A stretch of DNA of 64,000 nt. Origin: Macrostomum lignano. Taxonomy: Eukaryota. Within the stretch, counting starts at the first letter, position 1. Every line of letters starts with the position of its first letter. This document shows positions 37,175-59,084 of the stretch, piece by piece. The notes below the pieces were generated by a model that saw only the letters and a list, made by a program, of their open reading frames with translations, was not told the DNA's origin and searched no databases. The DNA is taken from positions 186,001 to 250,000 of the forward strand of contig NIVC01000270.1 of the NCBI GenBank assembly GCA_002269645.1, read 5' to 3'. The translations under genes and the position numbers were made by a program.

Positions 37175-38407
37175 TGGTTCCGGCCGAAGTCGTCATATTC
37201 GAGATCGTCATCTGCGGCTTATGAGAAAAACAACTAAATTATCTAAATCGTCATCATCTCAGTATTGGACAATGCTGCATTCACTAAATTGTCATATTGT
37301 GTTGCATTGGCTGCACAAGGATCTTAGCTCATGGCGGCAGTGTGTTCTTGTTTGCCAACAAATTAAAACAATTTACAGTCAGTAGCGCAACCAGAAATTT
37401 TTCAAGGGGGGGGACGGATTCTGAGGGTAAAGTCCCAGGAGGGGGGGCGGCGGAGGGGTGGCTCTGTTTTTGGCAAAAATTTGCTTGGTCCCCCCTTTGA
37501 TTTTTTTTCGGTCCCCCGCCTAAGGGGGGGGGGCGACCGCCCCTCCTCCTAGTTGCGCCACTGTTTACAGTGTATTCTCAGTAGTCATGTGTGGCAGTCG
37601 GGTGCCACTTAATTGATATTTGAAGTAATAACCATTACTCTAATAACTCATTTAAAAGGAAAACTGCTACAAAAGTTTAATTTTTGTCCGCTCATTGTTC
37701 AATTTTTGTCACATTTCTATTGACTGGAAGTTCCAGAAATTGTTCTGTTCTTCCTTTGATTGGAAAAGTAGGTCTTGGTCAAATCTTGGTCAAAACTTTT
37801 GTTTTAATTTTGTTGCTTGCATGTTTGTGAGCCGTTCCATCGGTAGTCTCCACGCATGGGATTTTTGGTCCAGTAGTGTGTCCAGCAACCAGCGGCAACC
37901 CCACCCGTTGATTGTAACCTTTTTTAATATTTATATTGCCTTGATGTGCCGCCTAATTTTCAACCCCCTTTTTCCTTTTTCTTTTTCTTGTCTTTTTCCT
38001 TTTGCGTTTGACAGTTTAGTTCAAATTTATTTATTAGTTTTGCGCACTTTAGACTTGTTAGTTTTATTTTATAGTTTTATTAGATTTATTAGACTTGAGA
38101 ACCCGGCTGTCGGAGTAAGCAGGAGAAAGAAAATTTCGTTGTGATTCCTCTGCGCGATTTCTCCAGATTAATTCGCGCGAACGCAACGCCAACCCAGCAA
38201 TTAATTGAATCAGCATTAATTGACACAGTTAATATAAAAATTGGGTGCATATGCAAGGGATTTTTGCCCGAAGGTAGAAAAATCCAAAATGAATACACCC
38301 TTGCCTTTGGTCAAAGTCGTCATATTTAAATGTTTAAGTCTTCGAGATTTGTTCAAGTCGTCATCATCATATGACGATTTTGAATATGACGATTTCGGCT
38401 GCACCCA
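37175..38407. mobile_element. Non-autonomous TIR element (~1.2 kb) with imperfect ~36-bp TIRs and a CTAGATA(T) target duplication
   Basis: Left tggttccggccgaagtcgtcatattcgagatcgtcat vs reverse complement of the right end tgggtgcagccgaaatcgtcatattcaaaatcgtcat; ctagatat at 37168-37175 and 38408-38415. Confidence 0.7.
37380..37563. mobile_element. hAT-type MITE, 184 bp, nested in the 37175-38407 element
   Basis: TIRs CAGTAGCGCAAC / GTTGCGCCACTG; perfect 8-bp TSD TTTACAGT at 37372-37379 and 37564-37571; G-rich interior. Confidence 0.85.
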
Positions 38408-40626
38408 CTAGATATTGATATTGAGATAGATTAGACAGAAAAGATCCACAAATTTTGAAGTAAACAAGAACCATTAGGCATAATACTTATAGATTAAGAT
38501 TAAGATTAAGATCTTTTTTATGTTTGTCTAAATATCTGCAGGGAAACCAATACATTTAAGAAACTAGGCAGCCTATGCTTAGGCCTATTTTAATACCAAT
38601 AATGTCAATAGATTCTTCAAGAACTTAAGAAGCACAAGAACAATAATTAGAATAGGGCCTAGGTAATTTCTAGTCAAGAAAAACTACAAATAGAACCAGA
38701 AAAGTGTTTTAAATGATAAACAATGAAAACTGACAATAATAAACCAATGAACTTTGACTGGCAACGTAGACTGGAATGAGCCGGATCAAGTACGGCCGAT
38801 TTTTGTACAAGAAATAATACATACTTCATATCTGCCTTGTGAGTCAGCAAAGCTGCAAGAAAAACTCCAAAAAATTGCAAAAAATTATAAATAATAAGTT
38901 TTTATAAAAAAATTCATGCATACTTTTCTATTTTTTAGTAATGTTACATTGTATTATATTTAATTTGTTATAACTTTTTAAATGTAACCGTAAATTTGTA
39001 ATTAATTTTATACACTGTGCAGGTGTTAAAGCGGTAAATAATTTTATGAACTTGTTAATGAAAGTATCATTGAAAGCTTTATAGGCCCCTTAGTTGAACA
39101 ACTTTTCTAATTGTAAAACAACAATTAAGTAGCAGCATATATTTTTCCTGTTCAATCCAAAGGGGTTTCTTAATAATTAACCTAATTAATGAAAAACTTG
39201 CTTTCTAAGTCAAACTGAAATTTTACGACGATGCATTTTATTTTTGTGAAATTTTAGCATAGTGCGTTTCCTTAATTCTAAAAATTTGCTGGGAAATGTG
39301 GCGACCACCCAACCACCGCCCCCCCCCCCCCCCAATCGGAGGTTGCTGCTGCATGCGCTGCCACTTTATATACATTGTTTTGAAAAATGCAACCGAAAAC
39401 CGGCAAGCAAGCTAAAGAAAGCAGCATACAAGGACGACATCTTGTCCTGGATAACATATCTTTGAAAAATTGATTCACACAACAACATTTTGAATGTAAT
39501 TGTCGCGGCCGCTACTCTTGCATGCAGTATACCTATAAGGACTACCATCTTTCAAACTGTATGTACATGTACATTGTAGAACACTGTATTTTCAATGAAA
39601 ACTCCGACATGTGTATTTTTACTATGAGAAACTGATACTTCTATAATTGACAAAGCATTTCATAGCGAGAAACGGGTCTCCAGTGAAATCTGCTGACTGT
39701 TTTATACATGTATGACTTGTGAGTGCAGTTATATACACATTTGTACTGCATCTGCTTTAGTTTTCTAGTCAAGTACTTATTTTTGTGCTGAGGATAAAGA
39801 TAAACAATGAATCTTACTCGCGATTTAACGCCACAATAAATGAACTAATGCCAACATACGAGCTCCTGTATTGTAGTAAGCCCAAAAAGCTATCTATACA
39901 CTATTGGTTGGCAAACTGCAATGTGAACAGAAACAACTGCACCTGACTTTTTTAAACTTAAAAAGTACGAGTGTTTAACTTGGCGATTGTACATGTAAAT
40001 CACCTTCCACCAATTGAAGTACATACGCGTACATACGTATAAATATACATGGAGGAGTAAAAGTCATATTCGCAGTCATTCACGAATAATAACTATAAAT
40101 ACGCTCGTACAGATATGCAGTTGAAGCGGAAATAATACGAAGTATGTTTCAAATTAAATAATTTCTAACTGAATTAATTATTAATCCATAAATAAATTGA
40201 GTTTCACTGTATGATTAACTATTTCGTTAGAGAACAAATACCATCTCTTAAGAAATTTTATTGTTAATGATCGAAGTCCGACAACACATTCTAGGGCCTG
40301 AAATCTAAGGATTAACCGAGTGTCGCGTGGACACTTTAAAGTTTAAAGTTAGTTTTAAGTATAAAACTTTAATCACGAATATTGTAACTCGTAAATTAAT
40401 CATCTTCAACTACCAAACGGCCGACACCTGTATAAAAGCAAATTAACTGTCGATCATCTCTTCGGGCCCAATGCTTAGTAAGAGTATTATGGGCGTCTTG
40501 TATGGGGCATCTTGTACGAGCGTATGGGGCGTCTTGTATGGGGTTGGTGTCTAATGAGGTCGCGATGCGCTGTCCTTGTATGGGGCGGTGTTCCTGGCTT
40601 AGCTTTCAATGCTGTCAGTCTCAAGG

Positions 40627-43115
<2,489 letters not shown>

Positions 43116-43139
43116 GTTGTTGTCTTGATTTCTTACTGA

Positions 43140-44200
<1,061 letters not shown>

Positions 44201-44666
44201 ACGATAACTAAATAACGAATTCGATACAATACAGTACGGTTCGATAGGCGAGTGAGACGATGTAAGATGCGTATGATGGCGTACCTCAACTAATGCACAT
44301 ATTCGACTGGAACTGCTTTCACCCCAAGTTTGGCTCAAGGACTAGATAAACAATCTAGAAACTAGACATGGCTGCAGGCCAGGTGTGAGATTAGAGGAAA
44401 GAGGAGATAGATGCGAGAAGAGACACAAACCTTGAACCGCGGATTGCCTATGAGAAGTTTCAAAGGAATCAAGGGCCGGATAAAGGAGGCAGGCATGAGT
44501 TTCCCTACCCCTGGACTACAGGAACAACTGATTGATTAAGAACGGTCTCTAGATCAAGATGAGAGTTTACAGACGACCCGCGAGACGTGTCTGCCTAGTG
44601 ATTAATGTACATATAGAAAGTCTGCGATTTATGCAGCTTCAATTTAAGAAATGGCAAAAAGGCAAG

Positions 44667-44744
44667 CGGGGCGGACGCAGGATTTTTTCCAAGGGGGGTC
44701 TGTTGACCCCTGCCTCATCTACCTCTACTCCGCATCCGCCCCTG
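44667..44744. mobile_element. Possible tiny MITE remnant with GGGGCGGAYGC terminal inverted repeats
   Basis: cggggcggacgcagga ... tccgcatccgcccctg; no clear TSD. Confidence 0.35.
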
Positions 44745-45469
44745 TCAACCCACAGTACCAGCTTGTCACTTGCAGCTATTCTATAATCTGTTTTGTACAA
44801 TTTTATACACTGCGTACAGTTGCATGTACAGGCAGCAGCATTGAGCCATGCAGATAATCAGAGATAAACAGGGATTTGGATCGGTAAGTCTCCAACAAAA
44901 AAATTGATAGAATATAGAGAGCATTTTCAATGGATTTTCGAAGGATTTTTTCTCTGTTACACAGAGCTCCGCACGAAACAGTTGGGGCGAATCGGAGATA
45001 AGGAGGCATAAAGGATGAAATCCAGCTTACCTGGCTGATCTGCTGCCGACTTGAATAGGATTCCTCTGAGCTGATAATCTTTTCCAGGATTATTAGCTGG
45101 CCCTGCTGGCTCCTAACTGAGAGGCCGGGGAAGCTTAGCGAAAATCCCTTTTTGAGATTGAGATGCCTCAAAGGCCAGGGTCCAATGAGGGAGCGATAGC
45201 GGCTTTGGTCTTGGCCAATGGGATTTCTACCGGCTGTTGCTAACGGCTGTGGGCGGGGGGGGGCGCAACGCAACAAAACAAAGGGGAGGAAAATTAATTG
45301 CTTTTAGGGATTAATGCGGCCTTGTCTGTCCTCCCCTGCTAGGGGGAAGTCTCCCCTCAGCGCAAGCTGTTGCCTCTTGCAACCGCTTGGCCAAGGAGAT
45401 CCAAATTCAACCTCTGGATTGTGTGCCGACTCCAGTATTTGTGTTAGCGTGGTTTAAGTTTAGCGCCAC

Positions 45470-45880
45470 AAGCGAGATCTTGGCGCCAATTTTTAGACAC
45501 CACAAACGATCGATCTTAGCGCCAATTTTTAGACACCACAAACGAGATCTTAGCGCCAATTTTTAGACACCACAAACGAGATCTTAGCGCCAGTTTTTAG
45601 ACACCACAAACGAGATCTTAGCGCCAATTTTTAGACACCACAAACGAGATCTTAGCGCTAATTTTTAGATACCACAAACGATCGATCTTAGCGCCAATTT
45701 TTAGACACCACAAACGAGATCTTAGCGCCAATTTTTAGACACCACAAACGAGATCTTAGCGCCAATTTTAGACACCACAAACGATCGATCTTAGCGCCAA
45801 TTTTAGACACCACAAACGATCGATCTTAGCGCCAATTTTTAGACACCACAAACGATCGATCTTAGCGCCAATTTTTAGAC
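45470..45880 (+). repeat. 34-bp minisatellite GATCTTAGCGCCAATTTTTAGACACCACAAACGA, ~12 copies
   Basis: Read directly. Confidence 0.93.
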
Positions 45881-46589
45881 GCCTCAAGCGCTTATTGTAG
45901 AGTCAACTCCAGAGTTTCTATCGCTAAATCAAACCCCCTTGGCAATCCCGGACGCCGGGTGATCTCCAGAGGCAATCAAAACAACAGCAGCAGTCTCGGC
46001 CCGGCCACCCCACGTGGCCGTCTCCATAAATGGGAGAAAAATCCCTCAACTTGCTTCGAGATCACACGCCCATATAGATAGCTTGTAGAATAGAAGCGAT
46101 TATGAAGACCCAGCAGACCCAGCACAAGACAATCTGTTGCCACACTTGCGTGCGATATCTCAGCTTTTTTGAGCACACATGCAGCTCAGAATTATGCGGG
46201 ATGGCTGGGGAGCAGGGCCCGGGGGTTAAGGACAGGAGGCAACAGCTCGCGTAGAAAAATCTTCTGAAATATTTTTTTGTCTATATAGCTGCATCAGGGA
46301 CTGCTAACGAGTGTAAATACCTGGATTGAACCCCCCGCGACCGCTCCCGTGATTGTCTAGAAGTGGTCTCTAAGGACCTCAACCAAAAATTCTCTGTTTA
46401 CAGACGGCAGTTTTAATATTTAGATTAGAAATGTTGACTGACTGTCACTAACCATGTGCCATTCACAGCCATGAAGGCTGAAGCTGAGAACTGAAGTCGA
46501 ATTTGAAAAAATTGGAGAATTTAGCTTTAAAATTAAACAGAAATTATGCAAATATGCTGAAAAAGAACGAAGTTTGATGCTGAAATTAT

Positions 46590-48110
46590 GACACTCCAAA
46601 TCATCAACTCCTGACACTTCAAATCATCAACTCCTGACACTCCAAATCATCAACTCCTGACACTCCAAATCATCAACTCCTGACACTCCAAATCATCAAC
46701 TCCTGACACTCCAAATCATCAACTCTCTGAGACTCCAAATCATCAACTCTCTGACACTCCAAATCATCAACTCTCTGACACTCCAAATCATCAACTCTCT
46801 GACACTCCAAATCATCAACTCTCTGACACTCCAAATCATTAACTCTCTGACACTCCAAATCATCAACTCCTGACACTCCAAATCATCAACTCCTGACACT
46901 CCAAATCATCAACTCCTGACACTCCAAATCATCAACTCCTGACACTCCAAATCATCAACTCTCTGACACTCCAAATCATCAACTCTCTGACACTCCAAAT
47001 CATCAACTCTCTGACACTCCAAATCATCAACTCCTGACACTCCAAATCATCAACTCTCTGACACTCCAAATCATCAACTTCTGACACTCCAAATCATCAA
47101 CTCCTGACACTCCAAATCATCAACTCTCTGACACTCCAAATCATCAACTCTCTGACACTCCAAATCATCAACTCTCTGACACTCCAAATCATCAACTCTC
47201 TGACACTCCAAATCATCAACTCCTGACACTCCAAATCATCAACTCTCTGACACTCCAAATCATCAACTCTCTGACACTCCAAATCATCAACTCCTGACAC
47301 TCCAAATCATCAACTCCTGACACTTCAAATCATCAACTCTCTGACACTCCAAATCATCAACTCTCTGACACTCCAAATCATCAACTCTCTGACACTCCAA
47401 ATCATCAACTCTCTGACACTCCAAATCATCAACTCTCTGACACTCCAAATCATCAACTCTCTGACACTCCAAATCATCAACTCCTGACACTTCAAATCAT
47501 CAACTCTCTGACACTCCAAATCATCAACTCCTGACACTCCAAATCATCAACTCTCTGACACTCCAAATCATCAACTCCTGACACTCCAAATCATCAACTC
47601 CTGACACTCCAAATCATCAACTCCTGACACTCCAAATCATCAACTCTCTGACACTTCAAGTCATCAACTCTCTGACACTCCAAATCATCAACTCTCTGAC
47701 ACTTCAAGTCATCAACTCTCTGACACTCCAAATCATCAACTCTCTGACACTCCAAATCATCAACTCCTGACACTCCGAATCATCAACTCCTGACACTCCA
47801 AATCATCAACTCTCTGACACTCCAAATCATCAACTCCTGACACTCCAAATCATCAACTCCATGACACTCCAAATCATCAACTCCTGACACTCCAAATCAT
47901 CAACTCCTGACACTCCAAATCATCAACTCTCTGACACTCCAAATCATCAACTCCTGACACTCCAAATAATCAACTCCATGACACTCCAAATCATCAACTC
48001 CTGACACTCCAAATCATCAACTCTCTGACACTTCAAGTCATCAACTCTCTGACACTCCAAATCATCAACTCCTGACACTCCAAATCATCAACTTCTGACA
48101 CTCCAAATCA
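46590..48110 (+). repeat. 23/25-bp minisatellite CTGACACTCCAAATCATCAACTC(CT), ~60 copies
   Basis: Read directly. Confidence 0.95.
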
Positions 48111-48315
48111 ACTCTATCGCTTCAAGCCCCAAGAGTCTGGACTGTCGCCATGGCAACAGTGCCTACTAACTACCGCCCCCTAATCAGCCAATGCTGCAGA
48201 TCCGATGTCAAGCCAAAAAGTTGTTTACCTGATCGGCATGTATAAAGTGGCCTTTCGCACAGCGGGCTTAATTTATTAAAATTTCATTGGCACAATTCTT
48301 TTATTGACAGACAGC

Positions 48316-52630
<4,315 letters not shown>

Positions 52631-53004
52631 TAGATTTCACCTGAGCTTGCCTGCTTCTTCTTGAGCGGCTGACTGACTGGCTGTCTTGTGGCTCGCTCGT
52701 ACAGATATCACTAAAAATGTCCAGGAAGTATCCCATGAAGCAATTCCGACTCAAATATTTCTAGTGGCTGTTGTTCAGATAATTGGCTTCACAATACAAA
52801 TCATTCCACCGCCTGCACTGAATTACTGCCTGATTAGCAAATACGAGATGAAATGAATAAAAATATACCTGAGCAATGCTTGCATTAGTTTAACAGTATA
52901 ATAGTAACAAAATAATAATTGCAAAATCCGCCTCTGGTATTCGAAATTCACACTTGGTTAGTCATTATATACAGTTGGTCATTAGTCAGTCTGTTAATCA
53001 TCAA

Positions 53005-53600
53005 CTACAACAACAGAATACGCTTCAAGGCCAGGTCGCGGATGAACGCCACGCCGCCGGCCGAATCCGGGGCGCCGGCGTCAGCCAGCAGGCAGTCGAC
53101 GAAACGCCCAGTGCGCGCCTGCCCCTGCCAGTAGGTTGCCTGCAGCGTTAGCAGCAGCACCTCCTGCACCGGCTCTGGGCAGTACGACTCGGTGCGGATG
53201 ATGTGGTCTGCCAGCTGGAGTCGCCGACGGCGCAGCAGGGGTCGCTTGGACGGCCCAAGCCGGCGCGGCGATACAAAGCCGCGTTGGTCACTCGCTCGTA
53301 GCCGATCTTGAAGGCGGCGCGCAGCAGGTCAGCGTGCGCCGCGTCAACTTGCTGCTCGAGCGACTCCGTCAGCGTCCAGGTCTCGACCACCGCATGGAAA
53401 AACGCCGCCCTCTGGCTGTCAGGTAAGGCCTCGGACTGCAGGACTGCCCTCACAGAACAAAAGGCAGCCCAGGCAAGCCCGCGGCGACGCCGCAAATCCT
53501 CGCGGACGCCGGGAACCAGACCGCCGAGGTGGACGAGGTAGCGCGGAAGCTCTGTCGCCTGTCCATCAGCGCCTCGGCACCAAATCGCAGCCTCGATGTC
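53005..53600 (-). mobile_element. 5'-truncated, frameshifted RTE-like non-LTR retrotransposon 3' fragment
   Basis: VETWTLTESLEQQVDAAHADLLRAAFKIGYERVTNAALYRR...RRRRLQLADHIIR...FVDCLLADAG matches the C-terminal pattern of RTE-clade ORFs (ETWTLT, VTN..LY, RRL.LAGH). Confidence 0.72.
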
Positions 53601-53804
53601 GTCCGACAGTTGTCATTTGTCACAGTTCATTAGTCATTTGTCACAGTTCAATAGTCATTTGTCACAGTTCACAATCAGCAGCGTGCTGCTCACCTGAATT
53701 TAGTCAGAGTCCTCGTCGCCTTTGTTGTGAAGAGCGAAGTGTCGAGATAGAAGGTCAGGCAAACATAATATCAATGACTGACTGTTTAGATCATCCCTCA
53801 GTAT

Positions 53805-54258
53805 TATCTGACACTATAACACACTGCACAGCTGCTAGATCTGACACTATAGCACACTGCACAGCTGCTAGATCTGACACTATAGCACACTGCACAGCTG
53901 CTAGATCTGACACTATAGCACACTGCACAGCTGCTAGATCTGACACTATAGCACACTGCACAGCTGCTAGATCTGACACTATAGCACACTGCACAGCTGC
54001 TAGATCTGACACTATAGCACACTGCACAGCTGCTAGATCTGACACTATAGCACACTGCACAGCTGCTAGATCTGACACTATAGCACACTGCACAGCTGCT
54101 AGATCTGACACTATAGCACACTGCACAGCTGCTAGATCTGACACTATAGCACACTGCACAGCTGCTAGATCTGACACTATAGCACACTGCACAGCTGCTA
54201 GATCTGACACTATAGCACACTGCACAGCTGCTAGATCTGACACTATAGCACACTGCAC
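53805..54258 (+). repeat. Near-perfect 30-bp minisatellite GCTAGATCTGACACTATAGCACACTGCACA, ~15 copies
   Basis: Read directly. Confidence 0.95.
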
Positions 54259-54591
54259 CGTCACCTGTGACAGGATGCAGTTTAACTATTAGCGATAAAA
54301 GGTTATGCAACGCTTCACATAGTCAGCAAAACCATAATTTTGAAACATCAGAGCCCAGCGCGCAATTGTGCAACTTTATTTATTCAGATTATCAAGCATA
54401 GAAATCTATAAAGCCTGAAATAATTTGATGCAACTGTGTTGCACTGTCTGATTGGAGTCAGATAAGGAATGTTTATGCTAAGCGATGCCACTCGCCTGCT
54501 GAATGGCAATATAATGTGACCCTGTCTTGGTCAGCTTTGATGCAAATGTCAACTGTTGTTACATTGAATTGCTGGGCTCAAACTGTGCTAA

Positions 54592-57500
54592 ATGACTGTG
54601 GGTGGCTCAGCTCTGCTTTGGCTGCTCCTGCTGACCAGCGGGTTGCTGGGGGCGTCAGAACATTGCCCGACAGTAGCGACCAGAGTCCTCAACAGTAAGC
54701 CAAGGATTGTAATCTACTCGCATTCCGAGTACGAGGCTGGCGAGAGCTACGACAGCCGAGCCAACTGCCTCTACAATGGCGGCGCACCCGAGCCAGCCGG
54801 CTACTGGTGGCGGATCACCTTCGAGAAGATCGAGCTGGAAACGTCCAGCACTTTTCAGCGGTGCAAGTACGACAATTTGACTGTGATGTACATGCTGAAC
54901 GGGGCCAGGGAGACTCGGGTGCTGTGCGGCCGGCACTCCAATCTCGTGCTGCTGACTGACGCACCTTTCACACTTCGATTCGTGTCCGACTCCAGCGTGA
55001 ACATGCGCGGCTTCAAGGTTTACTATGAGCAAGTCAGCCCGGTGGAGGCCGCGGCCATGATCAGGAGAAATGAGATCAGCCCGGTTTTCCGGACCACAGG
55101 TTTGTAGTGCATGAGCTGGATAGATTAGCAATCCATTCAGTATAGATAGATTAGCAATCCATTCAGTATAGATGGATTAGCAATCCATTCAGAATAGATA
55201 GATTAGCAATCCAAGTCTCCGCTCAGTTTGGTTCCGCTCCCACAGGAGCAATCCATTCAGTATAGATAGATTAGCAATCCATTCAGTATAGATGGATTAG
55301 CAATCCATTCAGAATAGATAGATTAGCAATCCAAGTCTCCGCTCAGTTTGGTTCCGCTCCCACAGGAGCAATCCATTCAGTATAGATAGATTAGCAATCC
55401 ATTCAGTATAGATAGATTAGCAATCCAAGTCTCCGCTCAGTTTGGTTCCGCTCCCACAGGAGCAAGGAACAATCTGCAGTGACCTGATTTCGCTGACTCA
55501 CCCGCAGGCGCCAGAGGCTCGTGCAGCAGCATTGAACACCCTGGCAGTCCAGTCCGGTTGGCTGGCAGGTACATCAATACAACCGTGTTGGAAATGTCAT
55601 CTGCTGATGGCAGCTACATTCACAACGCCGACTGCAGCTGGTCCCTGCGCGGCAGCAACCCTCTACAAGCGGTTTTCATCAAGTTCGACCGGGTGCAGCT
55701 CGAGGGCAGTTATCACAGCCCGTGCGTCCTTGACAACCTGACCGTCTCCTACCAGCTGAGGGGCAGCTCGTCAAGCCAGCGGCGGGTGTTCTGCAAGCTC
55801 AGAAGGCCCATCCAGTTGGTCAGCCAGGGCAGCGCCACTTTGGAGCTGCGAACAGATTCCAGCGTCGGCACAGGCTTCAGAGTCACCTGGTTCGCTGCGG
55901 ACTTCTCCGAGCTGATTCCGGGCCAGTTTCAGACTAGCAGAGAGTTCATTGATGGTTAATAAAAAAGAGTTTATCATTAAATTGCTGATCTCTAGTCTCC
56001 CTCTTGCTTCAGCATCAAGCTTCCAGTCTCCATCGTGCTTCATCTTCAAGCTTCCAGTCTCCATCGTGCTTCATCATCAAGCTTCCTGTCTCTTTTTTGC
56101 TTCATCATGCTTCCAGTCTCCATCGTGCTTCATCATCAAGCCTTCAGTCTCCATCGTGCTTCATCTTCAAGCTTCCAGTCTCCATCGTGCTTCATCATCA
56201 AGCTTCCAGTCTCCTTTCTGCATCATCATCAAGCTTCCAGTCTCATTTTTGCATCATCATCAAGCCTTCAGTCTCATTTTTGCTTCATCATCAAGCTTCC
56301 GGTCTCCTTTGTTTCATCACCAAGCTTCCAGTCTCTCTCATACTTCATAATTAAGCTTCCGGTCTCCGTCATACTTCGTCACCAAGTTTCCAGTCTCCCA
56401 CATGCTTCATCATGTGCTCATCAGCCTCTCAGCCTCATGCCTAATAGCACTGCCTCGCACCCGCAGAGCAGTGCCCAGAGAAGGTATCTATGCCCGACGG
56501 CGGCGGAATAAGACTGTACTATGATCCGCCACAGTCGTACGAACCTGGCATGTCCTGCAGCTGGACTGTGTCAGTTCCATCTGGCAAGGTGGCCGAGTTT
56601 TCATTTAACAAATTTAAATTGGCGCGCCGTATGTTCCGGTTTGGGAGGCCTTTCAGTTATTATAACATCACGCGGCGTATCCGTGAGTGCGACGAGGGCT
56701 GCGAGGCACTGAGGGGGGAAGCAAGGGGAGCGGAGGGAGCGGTGAAGGAGTGTAAACAGTGAAGGAGGGTAAGCGGTGAAGGGGGTTAGTCGTGAAGGAG
56801 GCTAGTGGTGAAGGAGGCTAGTGGTGAAGGAGGCTAGTGGTGAAGGAGGCTAGTGGTGAAGGGGGCTAGTGGTGAAGGAGGCTAGTGGTGAAGGAGGCTA
56901 GTGGTGAAGGAGGCTAGTGGTGAAGGAGGCTAGTGGTGAAGGGGGCCAGTGGTGAAGGAGGCTAGTGGTGAAGGAGGCTAGCGGTGAAGGAGGCTAGTGG
57001 TGAAGGGGGCTAGTGGTGAAGGGGGCTAGTGGTGAAGGGGGCTAATGGTGAAGGAGACTAGTGGTGAAGGAGGCTAGTGGTGAAGGAGGCTAGCGGTGAA
57101 GGAGGCTAGCGGTGAAGGAGGCTAGCGGTGAAGGAGGGTAAGCGGTGAATTGGAGGGTGAAGGAGGATCGGTAGGTAGCGGGTCTCTAGTCACACAAAAA
57201 ACAGTTTGCTAATCTTTTTTTCTCGCTCCAACTGTCCTGCAGACTTCTGCCCGATGTCCAACGATTATGTTTCCATCACGTACAGTCAGTTCTCTGAGTA
57301 CGGAGGAAGCAGAGAGTCCAAACGGTTCTGCGCAAACAGTGACGTCCAGCTGGGCGAGAAAGTTGTTACGGCTGTCGGCAGCGTTCAGATCAAGTTCCAG
57401 TCGCATCTCAGAATAGGGTCACGCAGAGATGCACGGGGATTCGAGCTTTTCTATCGGTTCGTTGATCGATCCACTCCCTGTAAGCAGCCTGATACTTTGT

Positions 57501-59065
57501 TTCACTTTAATGCACCCCATGCCCGCCACCCCAAAAACCCCATGCCTGCCACCCCAAACACCCATGCCCGCTACTCCAAAACACCCCATGCCCGCCACCC
57601 CAAACACCCCATGACCGCCACCCCAAGCACCCCATGCCCGCCACCCCAAACCCCCCATGCCTGCCACCCCAAGTATCCCATTCCCGCCACCCCATACACC
57701 CCATGCCCGCCACCCCAAACACCCCATGCCTGCCAACCCCATGCCTGCCACCCCAAACACCCCATGCCCGCCACCCCAAAACAGCCCATAACCGCCGCCC
57801 CAAAAAGTGTCAAGCAGTCGCCACTCCGCGCCGCCCGCAGTGCTCGGCTCGTGCCCGCAGCCACGCCAACTCAGCCCCTACAAAAGCACGATTTCCGTTC
57901 CACGGGATACATTGCCGGTTCTTGCCGGCAAAAACCAATGTTCGTGGGTGCTGCGGCCGCGAGATTCGCAGCACTTGTTGTCACTGTCGCTCAACTTGGA
58001 GCATCCAATTTTTTCATTTCGCAGGACTCCAGATGAGTAAGTGGGTCGATGACAACTGTCAGGGTGCGTGCACAGAGGCGATTCTCAAATTTTCACGTTT
58101 AAAACCCGCCATTGATGGAGTCCTGCACTGAGTCCTGGATTGAGTATTGGATTGAGTATTGGATTGAGTATTGGATTGAGTATTGGATTGAGTATTGGAT
58201 TGAGTCCTGGATTGAGTATTGGATTGAGTATTGGATTGAGTCCTGGATTGAGTCCTGGATTGAGTATTGGATTGAGTATTGGATTGAGTCCTGGATTGAG
58301 TCCTGGATTGAGTCCTGGATTGAGTATTGGATTGAGTATTGGATTGAGTCCTGGATTGAGTCCTGGATTGAGTATTGGATTGAGTATTGGATTGAGTATT
58401 GGATTGAGTCCTGGATTGAGTCCTGGATTGAGTCCTGGATTGAGTATTGGATTGAGTATTAGATTGAGTGTTAGATTGAGTATTGGATTGAGTATTGGAT
58501 TGAGTATTGGATTGAGTATTGGATTGAGTATTGGATTGAGTATTGGATTGAGTATTGGATTGAGTATTGGATTGATTATTGGATTGAGTCCTGGATTGAG
58601 TATTGGATTGAGTATTAGATTGAGTATTAGATTGAGTATTGGATTGAGTATTGGATTGAGTCCTGGATTAAGTCCTGGATTGAGTCAATATCAAAACCTT
58701 AAATTCTTTTACACATTTTGATACGTTATACTCTACTACTCGTATATAGTAGCAAGAAAAGAATGCGAATAATGCGATATAAATTCTCATTACTTTTAGA
58801 GCCTCAGCAATGTATCCAGGTTTAAGCGGGCCCTGCGAGCCGAGGGTTGGCTTTCGATCCAGCGCGAGAGTCCTGCCGGACGAGGACGACCCCGAGGCAG
58901 TCGGCACGAGACGGATTTTCAGCGAGGACTTCTGCACGTTTGCCAACAACAAACCTGTCGGCCTCTTCGTCGGCGATGTGAACGTGACAATCTCAACGAG
59001 GCGGCCTGAACTCAATCTCATGGGCTTTAACCTCACCATTTTCAACATTCCAAAGCCGAAGACGG
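54592..59065 (+). CDS. Secreted or membrane multi-CUB-domain protein (at least 4 CUB domains), 3'-incomplete; join(54592..55099,55508..55954,56467..56682,57243..57479,57841..58036,58800..59065,...)
   Basis: Signal peptide MTVGGSALLWLLLLTSGLLGA. CUB hallmarks: Y..N.NC.W/Y, ITFEKIELE, C.YDNLTV, LCG, F.SDSSV..RGF. All junctions are GT-AG and phase-consistent; CUB3 is split over exons 3+4 and CUB4 over exons 5+6. Confidence 0.85.
55120..55465 (+). repeat. 26-bp unit GATTAGCAATCCATTCAGTATAGATA nested in a ~120-bp higher-order repeat (CUB intron 1)
   Basis: caagtctccgctcagtttggttccgctcccacaggagcaa occurs three times (~55212, 55332, 55426). Confidence 0.9.
56005..56400 (+). repeat. Degenerate ~31-34-bp CATCATCAAGCTTCCAGTCTC... 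repeat (CUB intron 2)
   Basis: Read directly. Confidence 0.8.
56760..57150 (+). repeat. 16-bp minisatellite GTGGTGAAGGAGGCTA (CUB intron 3)
   Basis: Read directly. Confidence 0.93.
57515..57800 (+). repeat. Degenerate C-rich ~22-bp repeat CCCCATGCCCGCCACCCCAAAC (CUB intron 4)
   Basis: Read directly. Confidence 0.85.
58125..58685 (+). repeat. 12-bp minisatellite TTGGATTGAGTA/CTGGATTGAGTC (CUB intron 5)
   Basis: Read directly. Confidence 0.95.
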
Positions 59066-59084
59066 GTGCGAATCCTGATTTAGA

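Noticed and set aside
44803-45276. 157-aa minus-strand ORF and nearby LTR-like sequence
   Set aside because: No recognisable domain, no paired LTRs, PBS or TSD identified.
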